Below, one piece after another: positions 50,335 to 61,409 of a stretch of DNA of 64,000 nucleotides. This DNA comes from Podarcis muralis (lineage: Eukaryota). Numbering within the stretch: the first letter of the stretch is position 1; every line of letters starts with the position of its first letter. The position numbers were made by a program, and so were the translations under genes. Location of the stretch: NCBI RefSeq assembly GCF_964188315.1, contig NC_135656.1, forward strand, positions 77,376,001-77,440,000, read 5' to 3'. Below the pieces are notes generated by a model. The model was not told where the DNA came from, ran no database searches, and saw only the letters and a program-made list of their open reading frames with translations.

Positions 50335-53300
50335 ATGGCTGGGGCATGTTCCACAGGGCGGGATGCACTGGGACAACCGATCTCAGTGATCACGGGTAGG
50401 AGGAGGAGTTACGCTAAGACCAGACCCTATCATTACAGAGGAGGCAGGTTTAGTCATTGTCTGAGGACTATCCCTGCCTCCGGGTCTGGTCCTGACCGGA
50501 TGGATACTAGAATCAGCAAGGGATACCCACATGACCTGAAGGTGCTGCTGTGCAATGCCAGGTCAATGATTCATAAGACCACTGCCATCCATGACTTGAT
50601 CATGGATGGAGGATTTGACCTGGCTTGTATAACAGAGACCTGGTTGGATGAAGCAGATGGGCCTGTCCTTGCCGCTGCTTGTCCACCAGGTTTCTCTTAC
50701 GCACAGCAACCCAGGTCATGTGGGCGGGGAGGGGGGGTTGCAGTGATTTTTAGGAAGTCATTAGTTTGCACCAGGCGTCCTGTTGGGAAGACCCAGTTTT
50801 CTGAGTGCATGTTCTGGAAGTTGGGCAATAGGGGCAGTACAGGATTCCTTTTGGTGTACCGACCTCCCCGCTGCACCAAGGATTCCCTGCCCGAGCTGCT
50901 TCAGGTCGTGGCGGATGTTCTCCTGGAGACACCTAGCTTGGTCGTCCTAGGGGATTTTAACATCCATGCCGACACGACCTTACAAGGGGCCGCTCGGGAC
51001 TTCGTGGAAAGCATGGCCTCCATGGGGCTGTCCCTGAATAAGTCTGGCCCAACCCATAGCCGTGGACATGCCTTGGACCTGGTGTTTACCTCTATGGATG
51101 TTGGTGATCTGACACTAAGTAAAAGCGAAACGAAAGAAGTGCCATGGTCAGATCACTTCCTGGTGCAACTGGACTTCTCTGCGACCCATCCCCTCTGCAG
51201 GGAGGTGGGACCAATTCGGATGGTCCGCCCCCGCCACTTAATGGATCCAAATGGCTTCCAGAGAGTGGTAGGGGATGCTTTATCCCATGTTGATGGCCTT
51301 TCAGCTGATTCCCTGGTGGCCCGCTGGAATGTGGAGTTAACCAGGGCTATTGACTGTTTGGCTCCGAAGCGCCCTCTCCGATTGCATGGAGCCCGGACAG
51401 CCCCGTGGTTTTCCACGGATCTGAGGGCAATGAAACAATCGTTGAGACGGCTAGAGCGCCGGTGGCGGAGAACTCATTCTGAATCTGACCGGACACAGGT
51501 TAGAGCTCAACGTCGAGCCTACCAAGTGGCGATAGCGACGGCGGAGAAGAATTTCTTCACCGCCTCTATTGCATCTGCAGAAAACAGCAGCAGGAGACTT
51601 TTTCAGGTGGTTCACAATTTAGCGGAACCACCTGCAACATCGGGGCCCAGTACGGGCCACATGTTCTCCTGCAATGATTTTGCAAAGTTTTTTGCAGATA
51701 AAATCGCTCAGATTCGGGAAGAAGTAGACTCCACCGTGGGAGCAGGGCCGGGGCGGGAGAGTGCTAGAGTTCTGTCTAGTCAAGTTGAGTGGGATCAATT
51801 CCAACCTGTTACCTCCGAGGATGTGGACAGGCTGCTTGGACGAGTGAAACCAACCACCTGTCTCCTGGATCCTTGCCCATCCTGGCTTATAAACGCTAGC
51901 CGGGAAGGACTGGGCAATGGGCTTCGTGGGGTGGTGAATGCTTCCCTCCGTGAGGGAGCCTTCCCAGACCCGCTGAAAGAGGCGGTTATTAAACCGCTTC
52001 TTAAAAAACCATCTTTAGATGCGGCCACGATGGCCAACTATCGCCCAGTCTCAAATCTTCCATTCCTGGGCAAGGTGATTGAGCGAGCGGTTGCCGAACA
52101 ACTCCAGGCACGCCTGGAAGAAGCGGACCATTTGGATCCCTTCCAGTCGGGATTCAGGCCTCATCATGGGACTGAAACTGCCTGGGTCGCACTGGTTGAT
52201 GATCTCCGGCGGGCTAGGGACAAAGGTGAGAGCTGTTTCCTAGTTCTGCTGGATCTCTCAGCGGCGTTTGATACCATCGACCATAGCATCCTTCTGGACC
52301 GTCTTGAGGGGCTGGGAGCTGGGGGCACTGTTATACAGTGGTTCCGCTCCTTCCTCCTGGGCCGTGTTCAGAAAGTGGTGGTGGGGGATGAGTGTTCAGA
52401 CCCCTGGGCTCTCACTTGTGGGGTGCCTCAGGGTTCTGTCCTCTCCCCCATGCTTTTCAACATTTACATGCAGCCGCTGGGAGAGATCATCAGGAGGTTT
52501 GGGCTGGGTGTTCATCAGTATGCGGATGATACCCAGCTCTACCTCTCTTTTAAATCAGAACCAGTGAAGGCGGTGAAGGTCCTGTGTGAGTGTCTGGAGG
52601 CGGTTGGAGGATGGATGGCGGCTAACAGATTGAGGTTGAATCCTGACAAGACAGAAGTACTGTTTTTGGGGGACAGGAGGCGGGCAGGTGTGGAGGATTC
52701 CCTGGTCCTGAATGGGGTAACTGTGCCCCTGAAGGACCAGGTGCGCAGCCTGGGAGTCATTTTGGACTCACAGCTGTCCATGGAGGCACAGGTCAAATCC
52801 GTGTCCAGGGCAGCTGTTTACCAGCTCCGTCTGGTACGTAGGCTGAGACCCTATCTGCCTGCGGACTGTCTCGCCAGAGTGGTACATGCTCTGGTTATCT
52901 CCCGCTTGGACTACTGCAATGCACTCTACGTGGGGCTACCTTTGAAGGTGACTCGGAAACTACAACTAACCCAGAATGCGGCAGCTAGACTGGTGACTGG
53001 GAGCGGCCGCCGAGACCATATAACACCGGTCTTGAAAGACTTGCATTGGCTCCCAGTACGTTTCCGAGCACAATTCAAAGTGTTGGTGCTGACCTTTAAA
53101 GCCCTAAATGGCCTCGGTCCAGTATACCTGAAGGAGCGTCTCCACCCCCATCATTCTGCCCGGACGCTGAGGTCCAGCGCCGAGGGCCTTCTGGCGGTTC
53201 CCTCATTGCGAGAAGCAAAGCTACAGGGAACCAGGCAGAGGGCCTTCTCGGTAGTGGCGCCCACCCTGTGGAACGCCCTTCCAGCAGATGTCAAAGTGAT

Positions 53301-53367
53301 AAATAACTACCTGACATTCAAGAGACATCTTAAGGCAGCCCTGTTCAGGGAAGTTTTTAACATGTGA
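50335..53367 (+). CDS. L2 LINE ORF2-type protein: APE endonuclease + reverse transcriptase, 1010 aa from the first ATG
   Basis: Uninterrupted ORF; APE motifs (LCNARS, ITETWL, VYRPP, LGDFN, SDH); RT motifs (NYRPVSNL, LDLSAAFD, GVPQGS, YADD); L2-type ISRLDYCN C-terminus; aaaATGg context. Confidence 0.93.
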   Translation: MAGACSTGRDALGQPISVITGRRRSYAKTRPYHYRGGRFSHCLRTIPASGSGPDRMDTRISKGYPHDLKVLLCNARSMIHKTTAIHDLIMDGGFDLACITETWLDEADGPVLAAACPPGFSYAQQPRSCGRGGGVAVIFRKSLVCTRRPVGKTQFSECMFWKLGNRGSTGFLLVYRPPRCTKDSLPELLQVVADVLLETPSLVVLGDFNIHADTTLQGAARDFVESMASMGLSLNKSGPTHSRGHALDLVFTSMDVGDLTLSKSETKEVPWSDHFLVQLDFSATHPLCREVGPIRMVRPRHLMDPNGFQRVVGDALSHVDGLSADSLVARWNVELTRAIDCLAPKRPLRLHGARTAPWFSTDLRAMKQSLRRLERRWRRTHSESDRTQVRAQRRAYQVAIATAEKNFFTASIASAENSSRRLFQVVHNLAEPPATSGPSTGHMFSCNDFAKFFADKIAQIREEVDSTVGAGPGRESARVLSSQVEWDQFQPVTSEDVDRLLGRVKPTTCLLDPCPSWLINASREGLGNGLRGVVNASLREGAFPDPLKEAVIKPLLKKPSLDAATMANYRPVSNLPFLGKVIERAVAEQLQARLEEADHLDPFQSGFRPHHGTETAWVALVDDLRRARDKGESCFLVLLDLSAAFDTIDHSILLDRLEGLGAGGTVIQWFRSFLLGRVQKVVVGDECSDPWALTCGVPQGSVLSPMLFNIYMQPLGEIIRRFGLGVHQYADDTQLYLSFKSEPVKAVKVLCECLEAVGGWMAANRLRLNPDKTEVLFLGDRRRAGVEDSLVLNGVTVPLKDQVRSLGVILDSQLSMEAQVKSVSRAAVYQLRLVRRLRPYLPADCLARVVHALVISRLDYCNALYVGLPLKVTRKLQLTQNAAARLVTGSGRRDHITPVLKDLHWLPVRFRAQFKVLVLTFKALNGLGPVYLKERLHPHHSARTLRSSAEGLLAVPSLREAKLQGTRQRAFSVVAPTLWNALPADVKVINNYLTFKRHLKAALFREVFNM

Positions 53368-54773
53368 TATTTTATTGTATTTTTGGTTTTTATGGAAGCC
53401 GCCCAGAGTGGCTGGGGAGGCCCAGCCAGATGGGCGGGGTATAAATAATAAATTATTATTATTATTATTATTATCTCAGTAAAAGCTGTTCATGTGCTAG
53501 AACCTGGCATTTGTGTATAGATCTCCCATTACTCCTAATGGCATGTGTTTGGCCATGTGTGGGAAGAGGGAGAAAATCTATGCTCTATTGAGTCTGTGGG
53601 AGGTTGCAGTTCCTCAATTTATTTAGTTGTGATGGGGGGGGGGGCGATTTCCATAAAGACATGCCTCTGCATGTAAATTCCCTCTTATTTTATATTTCCC
53701 AGCTTTGTTCAGCTATGTGAACCTCACAGATAAAGGACAAAAGTAATTTACACTAACTCAGTATGTATTAATGATGATAACCTTGTAATGTGAATTATAG
53801 GTTGGGAAGCACACTTTATCTAGAGAGGCATAAAATGAGAGTTTACAACCATTAAAATGATGAAAACGCAATTAAGTCAAAAATAAGGACATTCAGAAGT
53901 CTTATTGTACACATGAGACATAAATCTGCTGAGGATATCTGGTTATTTAGAAAAAAAATAATTTGAAGAAACAAACTTATTTAGTGCTAAATACAATATT
54001 TAAAGGTGAAGCAGTCCAACAAATCAAACACTTGACAGAATCAAGTATCAGAAAAGGTTGTTTTCAAGTTGCTGCTTGGCAATTTTAAGCAAGTTACTTG
54101 CAGCATTGCTTTGCAAGTAGGAGATAACATTGCTTACTTTGTGAAGAGTTTGAAATATGGCTCTAAATGCCAGGTTGTGGTAGATCATGCAGTAGACATT
54201 GTTGGCGGTCATGGATATATTTCATGACTGACTCCTATTGAAATGAACAAATTTGTTAAAACTTAGCATTGCCGGGATATGCCAAAACACAGCTAGTGAA
54301 TTTGTTTAATTCATTCTGTACTGTTCAAGAATGATTAGCCCAAATGGAGTTGGAAATCAGACTATTTCACAAGTTTAATCATTGGAGTTCCTTTTTTTTA
54401 AAAAACTGTTTTATTCTTTGCGGACTCTTAGACCTATATTGGCTTCATGTGCTTTCAAGCCTATTCCTTCCCTGTCATCATTCTGTAATATATACAGATG
54501 CAAAAGCATGTAGTCTATGAAAAAATTCTTTTGCCGGTGTATTAATATTTATATTAACAAGTTAGAAAACTATAAAATTTGGCCAGTGTTGTAATGTAGG
54601 AATTGCCAACTCTGAGCATCTGCAAAGGCCTTCATTGGTGTTCCTGGGCAGGTACACCGGAGTCTGAATTTTCATGTACAAAAAAGTAAGTCTCTAGCCC
54701 TTCTAGTTATCAAGCAAAATATGTGGCGCCTTCCTGTGAAATAAAGCAGTTTGGCTGCTCCTACCTGTCTGTG

Positions 54774-55144
54774 AGGGGACGCGGGTGGTGCTGTGGGTAA
54801 AACCTCAGTGCCTAGGACTTGCTGATCGCAAGGTCGGCGGTTCGAATCCCTGCAGCGGGGTGAGCTCCCGTCATTCGGTCCCAGCTCCTGCCCACCTAGC
54901 AGTTCGAAAGCACCCCTAAGTGCAAGTAGATAAATAGGTACCGCTTTATAGCGGGAAGGTAAACAGTGTTTCCGTGTGCGGCGCTGGTGCTGGCTCGCCA
55001 GATGCCGCTTAGTCATGCTGGCCACCTGACCTGGAAGTGTCTCCGGACAGCGCTGGCTCCCGGCCTCTTGAGCGAGATGAGCACGCAACCCTAGAGTAGG
55101 ACACGACTGGCCCGTAAGGGCACGGGTACCTTTACCTTTACCTT
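54774..55144 (+). mobile_element. Sauria SINE, subfamily A
   Basis: 12 bp TSD TACCTGTCTGTG at 54762-54773 and 55145-55156. Confidence 0.92.
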
Positions 55145-55580
55145 TACCTGTCTGTGTTTTTAGGCAATGTGTGAAATTAGAGCTACTCCTGATAAAGTGA
55201 GTTGTTTGGACACCAGTCGAGGAATCCCTGGAGTCCTAAAGAGCTGTTGCTTTACCCTCCCCTTTAGTACACCTTTCCTGTTTCTGTTTTATTTTCTAGT
55301 AGTCCTTGGAATCTCCGAATTTTGCACTTCCATTTTTCCTAGCAACCAGGATGCAGCTTTCCTGTGGGGGATTCTTCTGAGATTAGGTACTCCCTAGAGG
55401 TCATTGTCTGCAAAGGCTACTACAGAATAAGGGTGGGTGGGTGCTAAAAAAAAATCCCCATCCCAATTGGCAAATGCAAATGTGAAAAGTTTGCAAGTAT
55501 GCCTCCTGCTGTGTAAAGCTGGTGTCTAGGTCTTCATGAAAAATGCACTGTATAATTAGCTGACAGTACATTGCTATATA

Positions 55581-55938
55581 GGGACACGGGTAGCGTTGTG
55601 GTCTAAACCACTGAGCCTAGGGCTTGCCGATCGGAAGGTCGGTGGTTTGAATTCCTGCTGCGTGGTGAGCTCCCGTTGCTCGGTCTCAGCTCCTGCCAAC
55701 CTAGCAGTTCGAAAGCACATCAAATTGCAAGTAGATAAATAGGTACCACTCTGGCGGGAAGGTAAACGGCGTTTTCGAGCACTGTTCTGGTTTCGCCAGA
55801 AACGGTTTAGTCATGCTGGCCACATGACCTGGAAAAATTATCTGCGGACAAACATTGGCTCCCTTGGCCAGTATGAGCGGCGCAACCCTAGAGTCGTTCA
55901 TGACTGGACTTAACTGTCAGGGGTCCTTTACTTTACCT
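55581..55938 (+). mobile_element. Sauria SINE, subfamily B
   Basis: TSD GTACATTGCT(ATATA) at 55566-55580; downstream copy split by Bov-B. Confidence 0.9.
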
Positions 55939-55948
55939 GTACATTGCT

Positions 55949-56352
55949 TTGTTGTTGTTGTTTAGTTGTTTAGTCGTGTCCGACTCTTCATGACCCCATG
56001 GACCAGAGCACGCCAGGCACTCCTTGTGCCCTCAATCTTTCCCAACATCAGGGTCTTTTTCAGTGAGTCTTCTCTTCTCCTGAGGTGGCCAAAGTATTGG
56101 AGTCTCAGCTTCAGGATCTGTCCTTCCAGTGAGCACTCAGGGCTGATTTCCTTAAGAATGGATAGGTTTGACCTTCTTGCAGTCCATGGGACTCTCAAGA
56201 GTCTCCTCCAGCACCATAGTTCAGAAGCATCAATTCTTCGGCGATCAGCCTTCTTTATGGTCCAGCTCTCACTTCCATACATTACTACTGGGAAAACCGT
56301 AGCTTTAACTATATGGACCTTTGTTGGCAAGGTGATGTCTCTGCTTTTTTTT
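55949..56352 (-). mobile_element. Short 3' Bov-B LINE fragment with internal deletion
   Basis: ORF 55962-56330 matches the RTE C-terminus of the 11.7 kb copy; flanked by TACATTGCT duplication (55940-55948, 56353-56361). Confidence 0.93.
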
Positions 56353-57645
56353 TACATTGCTATATATGTCTTATTTCAGAAGTTTCTTTGTGTTTAATGG
56401 GGCTTATTCCAAGCTAGGAAGGTACAGGACGGCAGCCTATGCTTTGGTTTAGCAATAGCAGTGGGAAAAGCAGGGCTCTTGCACCTTTTAACAGCTGTAT
56501 AATCTGCACAATGAGGACCAGCAGGACATAGGTGAATTCCTATGGTAAGATGAGGGCACCTGCAGACAAGAAGCCAAAAAATAAACAATGACTGTACAGG
56601 GACCATTTTGTGTGCATTCAAAGCACATGTGGACCATTCTGTTTTTTTGCACCAGAAGACGGCTGAATGAGGCCAACGCACACAATCAGGGGGTGCCTGC
56701 GCTGTTGCTAATTTTTTGTTTTGCCGTGTCTTCCACAGCAGCCATGTTGTGTTATGCTATGACAGCCATTTTGATTGCATTTTGTGGAACCTAATAAATA
56801 GAATTGTTTAATTGTATCTCCTGTTTGTGGACAAGTATGCAGTTCATACCAGAATGCAATTTAATTGTTGATTAAAAATATAAACAAGTAAGTCTTTTGA
56901 AAACAGAATAGCACACAGGCTGTGTGACAGCAAGCAACAATATTGGGAACTGGCCGGGGGCCACCAATCCAAGAACTCCCCGCTAACCACAGGCACTAGA
57001 AAATGCTGCCGTGAACTGCCATCATCACAATGGAAGGAAGGAGCTCCAGTCTTCTGCCCTCTCTCAGGGTCTCAGGAGGCTGCTGCAAGTGGGAATTGAT
57101 TGATGGCTTTGTTTTATAATTGCTACCCACTTAAGAATTTACTAATTGAAGAACAAGTTAAAAATGTATTAAGTAAATAAATATGTCATCCCTTTTATTA
57201 TCAGGGAATGGCTTGGTCCTCCTTGTACTTTCTGCTAGAGAAGGCCATGTACATGTTGGGAAAATGTACTGTACATCTTATGGATAAATCATTATTCTGC
57301 AGCAAGGGCCTGTTAAAAAAAACCAAACCATTGTCTGAGACAAAGTTTTAAGAAATATCTGAACTCGGTGCTTTTATGTTAAGGAGAGAGAAATTCTGGC
57401 CTGGAAGACAATATATTCCTTGCATGATATAAAACAAAAGGCAAGTGTGAGAGCCCTGCACCATAGTAATGAGGACAGCCTGCCTGTACCAATTTGCCAT
57501 ATACAGACATTCAAGACAAGCTGAATCCCATCTGCCAAGCCTTCTAATGAATCCTTTATAACAGAGAAATATGACCTTGATAATGAAATGTTCATTGATT
57601 AAGCAACCGTTTTTAAACTTGTGTTTCTTTCTTTCTTGCCCTCAG

Positions 57646-57708
57646 CTGACATTGCCAACATTTCCTGTTGTTGTGAAGATTGGACACGCTCATTCGGGCA
57701 TGGGAAAG
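57646..57708 (+). CDS. SYN2: Synapsin II coding exon (exon 6 equivalent), LTLPTFPVVVKIGHAHSGMGK
   Basis: Long pyrimidine tract + ctcag acceptor, 63 nt, ATP-grasp GHAHSGMGK motif; donor AAG|gtgcag is weak. Confidence 0.95.
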
Positions 57709-58289
57709 GTGCAGGTGCTATTTATCTATCTTGAGGGGAAATGGTGGAACTACTTTTTTTTTTTTAAGAAACTGCTATGTAAACACTGCAGGCACCAAAT
57801 TCTATAATGGAAGCAGCTATAACTTCAGGGCAGTAATTATGCAAATCCATTTTGAGGCCCATGCTTAGAAGTCCATCCGTATGTATTTGCTTAATTTTAT
57901 GCATATGCATAAATCCCCTGAGCATATAATCCTCTTGTAAAAGTCGGTGCTTTTCAAATTGAAAGATGCTTCAAAGAGTAAGAACTATTCTTAACTAAAA
58001 ATTGACAAATTACCTATGCCAGAAATACTGCGCACCCGTGATATTTGTCCTCTGTTTTATATTATTTTACCTTTTAATAGTTTTATAATGAACTGGACTT
58101 ACACCCTCCAATCCATTAAGTCACTACATCTTCCATCCTGTTTACCTAGTCCTTCACCTCCTGTGTCCTTCCATTTAAACCCCACTTACCTAGCTGGAAG
58201 TCTAGCCAGCACCAAACAGCTTCAGGAAGAGGAAAAGGGGGACGTGCTCCATCCCTTCTCTGGCAAGAGGACACAAGGCCCCTAAATAT

Positions 58290-58723
58290 GCCCTAAAATT
58301 AGTACATGAGCTACTTTTTTCATTTTATTAGTCACACACTCCCACACAGCCTACAGATATTGTAGTAGCCTTTGAAAAAAACTAAATTCCCAGGGGATGG
58401 GGCCACTCAAGCAACATACCAGATGCCAAAGACAGGAGGGAGGGACAGATTTTCTGACTTTCTCTCCCCGTCCCTGCCCCCAGCTGTTTGCTGCTGCTAG
58501 AGATACTATTCAGGTGGTTTAAATGAAAAGAAAGGCAGGTATTTGGGATTGAAGTGGGTGGGTGATAAAGGTCTTGGACAATAATTCTTCTTTAGCTCAG
58601 GTTTTAATCAAAGATGGAGAAGTTTCTGATTTTGTAAAATCTATTATTTGAGTATTATAAGCCCTAAAACTAGTACATGAGCTACTCTCTTCATTTTATT
58701 ACTCACCCACTCCCACACAGCCT
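58290..58723. repeat. Pair of 63 bp imperfect direct repeats 371 bp apart
   Basis: 58290-58352 vs 58661-58723, 5 mismatches by eye. Confidence 0.85.
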
Positions 58724-59957
58724 GACTTTTCAGTATCATATTTTTACATCTGGCGTTCACTATCTACTCAGCATTTTCCATTCTAAAGGCCAACTTCTTC
58801 AATCAAATATGTACACATCCCTCAGAGTGAAGTATTTACTATGGGAGGTGGCGTCACAAGTGACAAAAGATCTTGGCACTTGTCTATTGAACCTTTTAAA
58901 GAGAAGCTAAATGATTTAGTGAAATCCAAGCTCTCTCACTTAATTGGATTAGAATATACTCTGATGAACTATGATAGTGTACTATACTGATTAAACATCC
59001 TTCTAAACCTAACCTTTTAACATTTAGAGAAGAACAAGCATTTTACATTTGCTTTTGTTCCATTTTCAAGTCTATATCCAAACATCTTCCACAAAAGAAT
59101 TTGAAATCTCATCTCTTCTATGCTGAGCTCTACTAAAGTGCATAATGAAAGACTTCATTGTATTCTATTGTTGAAGGGAAAGTAAGCTGGAGAAATCAAT
59201 ATTTTATATGTAAAATTTTAGATGTAAATTTTAGATGTAAGACGATAATATAATTCTTTGAATCAATCTACTTTCATACCATTCCGTTTTTAAAATATTT
59301 TATTCTTGAATTTGAAACATTGCCAACTGTCCTAAATACCACCATTTGTTTCCTTACAGAGAGGTCCTAATTCTTTATTGTATTTTCAGATGGTCTGTAA
59401 ATATGTGCTTCTGTACCCTTCATTGATACTGCTGGGTCAGTTTTACAATAAAGCATTGCTAGAAATTAATTGTCTGCATAAAGACATATGAGGGGGAAAA
59501 TGTGTTGTAGATATTTATATAAATCAATAAATCAATAATAAGTAGGGATGTTCAATGATGTCATTCTCTGTCTCAACTTATTTCCTTGTTGTATAGAAGT
59601 GTGGTTGTCCCTCATATAAAGATGCTTGCTTTGCAGGGACACCATTTAAGGTTGGGGTTGAGTGGGTGACAATGAACAGCAATATACAGAACTGATTTCA
59701 AGGAATCCACTGAAATCTGGGCATTTTCCAAACATCATTTTCTGTCCTGGGAATAAATATGGGGGGTGGGCACTGAATTTTGATATGTTTTGTGCATTTG
59801 CATGTTAAATTTCAAGTTTAAGGGGAAATGTTTAGCAAAAAATAATATAAACTTGTTAGGTAAGTTCAAGAAGTAGAGTTTTCTGTATAAGTAAACCTAA
59901 CAGTTCTAATCTTATTCTTTTTGTCTCCCCATGCTATAAATCTATGGCTAATAACAG

Positions 59958-60100
59958 GTCAAGGTAGACAACCACTATGATTTTCAGGATATAGCCAGTG
60001 TCGTAGCACTCACTCAGACCTATGCCACTACTGAACCCTACATAGACTCCAAATATGACATCAGGATCCAAAAGATAGGCAACAACTACAAAGCATACAT
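59958..60100 (+). CDS. SYN2: Synapsin II coding exon (exon 7 equivalent), [47 protein letters not shown](M)
   Basis: aacag acceptor, AT|gtgagc donor, 143 nt; near-identical to the vertebrate SYN2 C-domain as recalled. Confidence 0.96.
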
Positions 60101-61360
60101 GTGAGCAAACATTCTGTTGTTTTTTCATTTTCAGTTCCATCAGCTGTAAAGCAGGTAACAACCAGACTTTATGGCCTTGCATGAAAGTTCACCATTATAC
60201 CAGTGTGGAATCTACAGTGCATCAGTAATACTGTGAATCAGTGAGTAAAAAAATGGGGATTCTTTAAAAAAGGATATTAAGAAATTCAGAAATTCAGATT
60301 AGAATAATTCATCTTTTAAAGTGATGTGCAGTAGAATGCAAACAAAACATAATATAATTCCTGAACATAAAAACAAAACAGAGAGATTCTGCACAAAAAA
60401 TTTAAAAGACAGGGATAGCTTGAAGAAACATCCACTGGAAATTGCCCTAGAGTTATTTTCCATATTTCAAAATAATCACAAAACCCTAAGGGGGGGGGGG
60501 GCAACTCTCTTTTCAAGATTTTTCCCTTGTGAACAGACAAGCAAATTATTATCTGTGAATCACATTGAAAGGTTACCCAGAACAGTTATCTGTTCTGAAA
60601 ATTATAATGTATAATTCTCAAATTACTTGCCATAAGGCAAACCAAATATGTAAGAAGTTAGACTGACACTGAACCAGGCTGTTGATGAAAAACTCTGCAA
60701 GACTATGCATAACTCCTTGTTAATCCAAAGGCAATGTGTCTAATTCTCTGCTTTGTATAAGGTGATGTTGCATAATATATTTTTTACAAAATGACCCACT
60801 GCCAAGTGATTTAGGGAACATAACTCATAAATTCAGTCCATCGTTCTTATTTTTGTCTTTAGCCAGTATAAAAGCAATTTCCAAGCACGTGGTTTGTAGG
60901 TGTCTTATAAGTTTCTCTACTGAATACCTATCGATAAGTGCCTAGTTGTTATTGGCTTGTGATGACACAAAAGTGTCATCCCACTGTGTTTTCCCACTGA
61001 TGGCACTGGTGTTATAGAATGCACTCCCTGCTGTAATAGGAGAAGGGCTGTCGCCATTGGCATTCTGCTGGCTTTTGAAGACACACCTGTTTACACAGGC
61101 ATTCCCTTGATCTCCCAGCCCAAGTCTCCAGCTTTCATTACTGTGTGTTTTAATGGGATTGTTTTATTGAGTATTTTAATTATGGCTGCTTGTAACCGGT
61201 TTATATACTTGTAGAATGTTTGGAAACCTATTTCGGCACTAGATGGTATATGCATTATTAAATAATCATAAAAATAATACTCAGGATGAAAGGAAACAGA
61301 TTTTATTACGACATGATGAAAGCCCATTTCATCAGAGGCATGATAAGTGATTCTCAGTTG

Positions 61361-61362
<2 letters not shown>

Positions 61363-61406
<44 letters not shown>
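61363..61406. repeat. (AT)n microsatellite
   Basis: Directly visible. Confidence 0.95.

Positions 61407-61409
<3 letters not shown>

Larger units (their letters stand above)
49529..53471 (+). mobile_element. Apparently full-length young L2-clade LINE (5' monomer array, T-rich spacer, single ORF, 3' hairpin, (TTA)n tail)
   Basis: Intact ORF, GC/CpG-rich, tail shared with other L2 copies in the window; tentative 6 bp TSD TATCTC at 49523-49528 and 53472-53477; 5' boundary uncertain. Confidence 0.85.
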
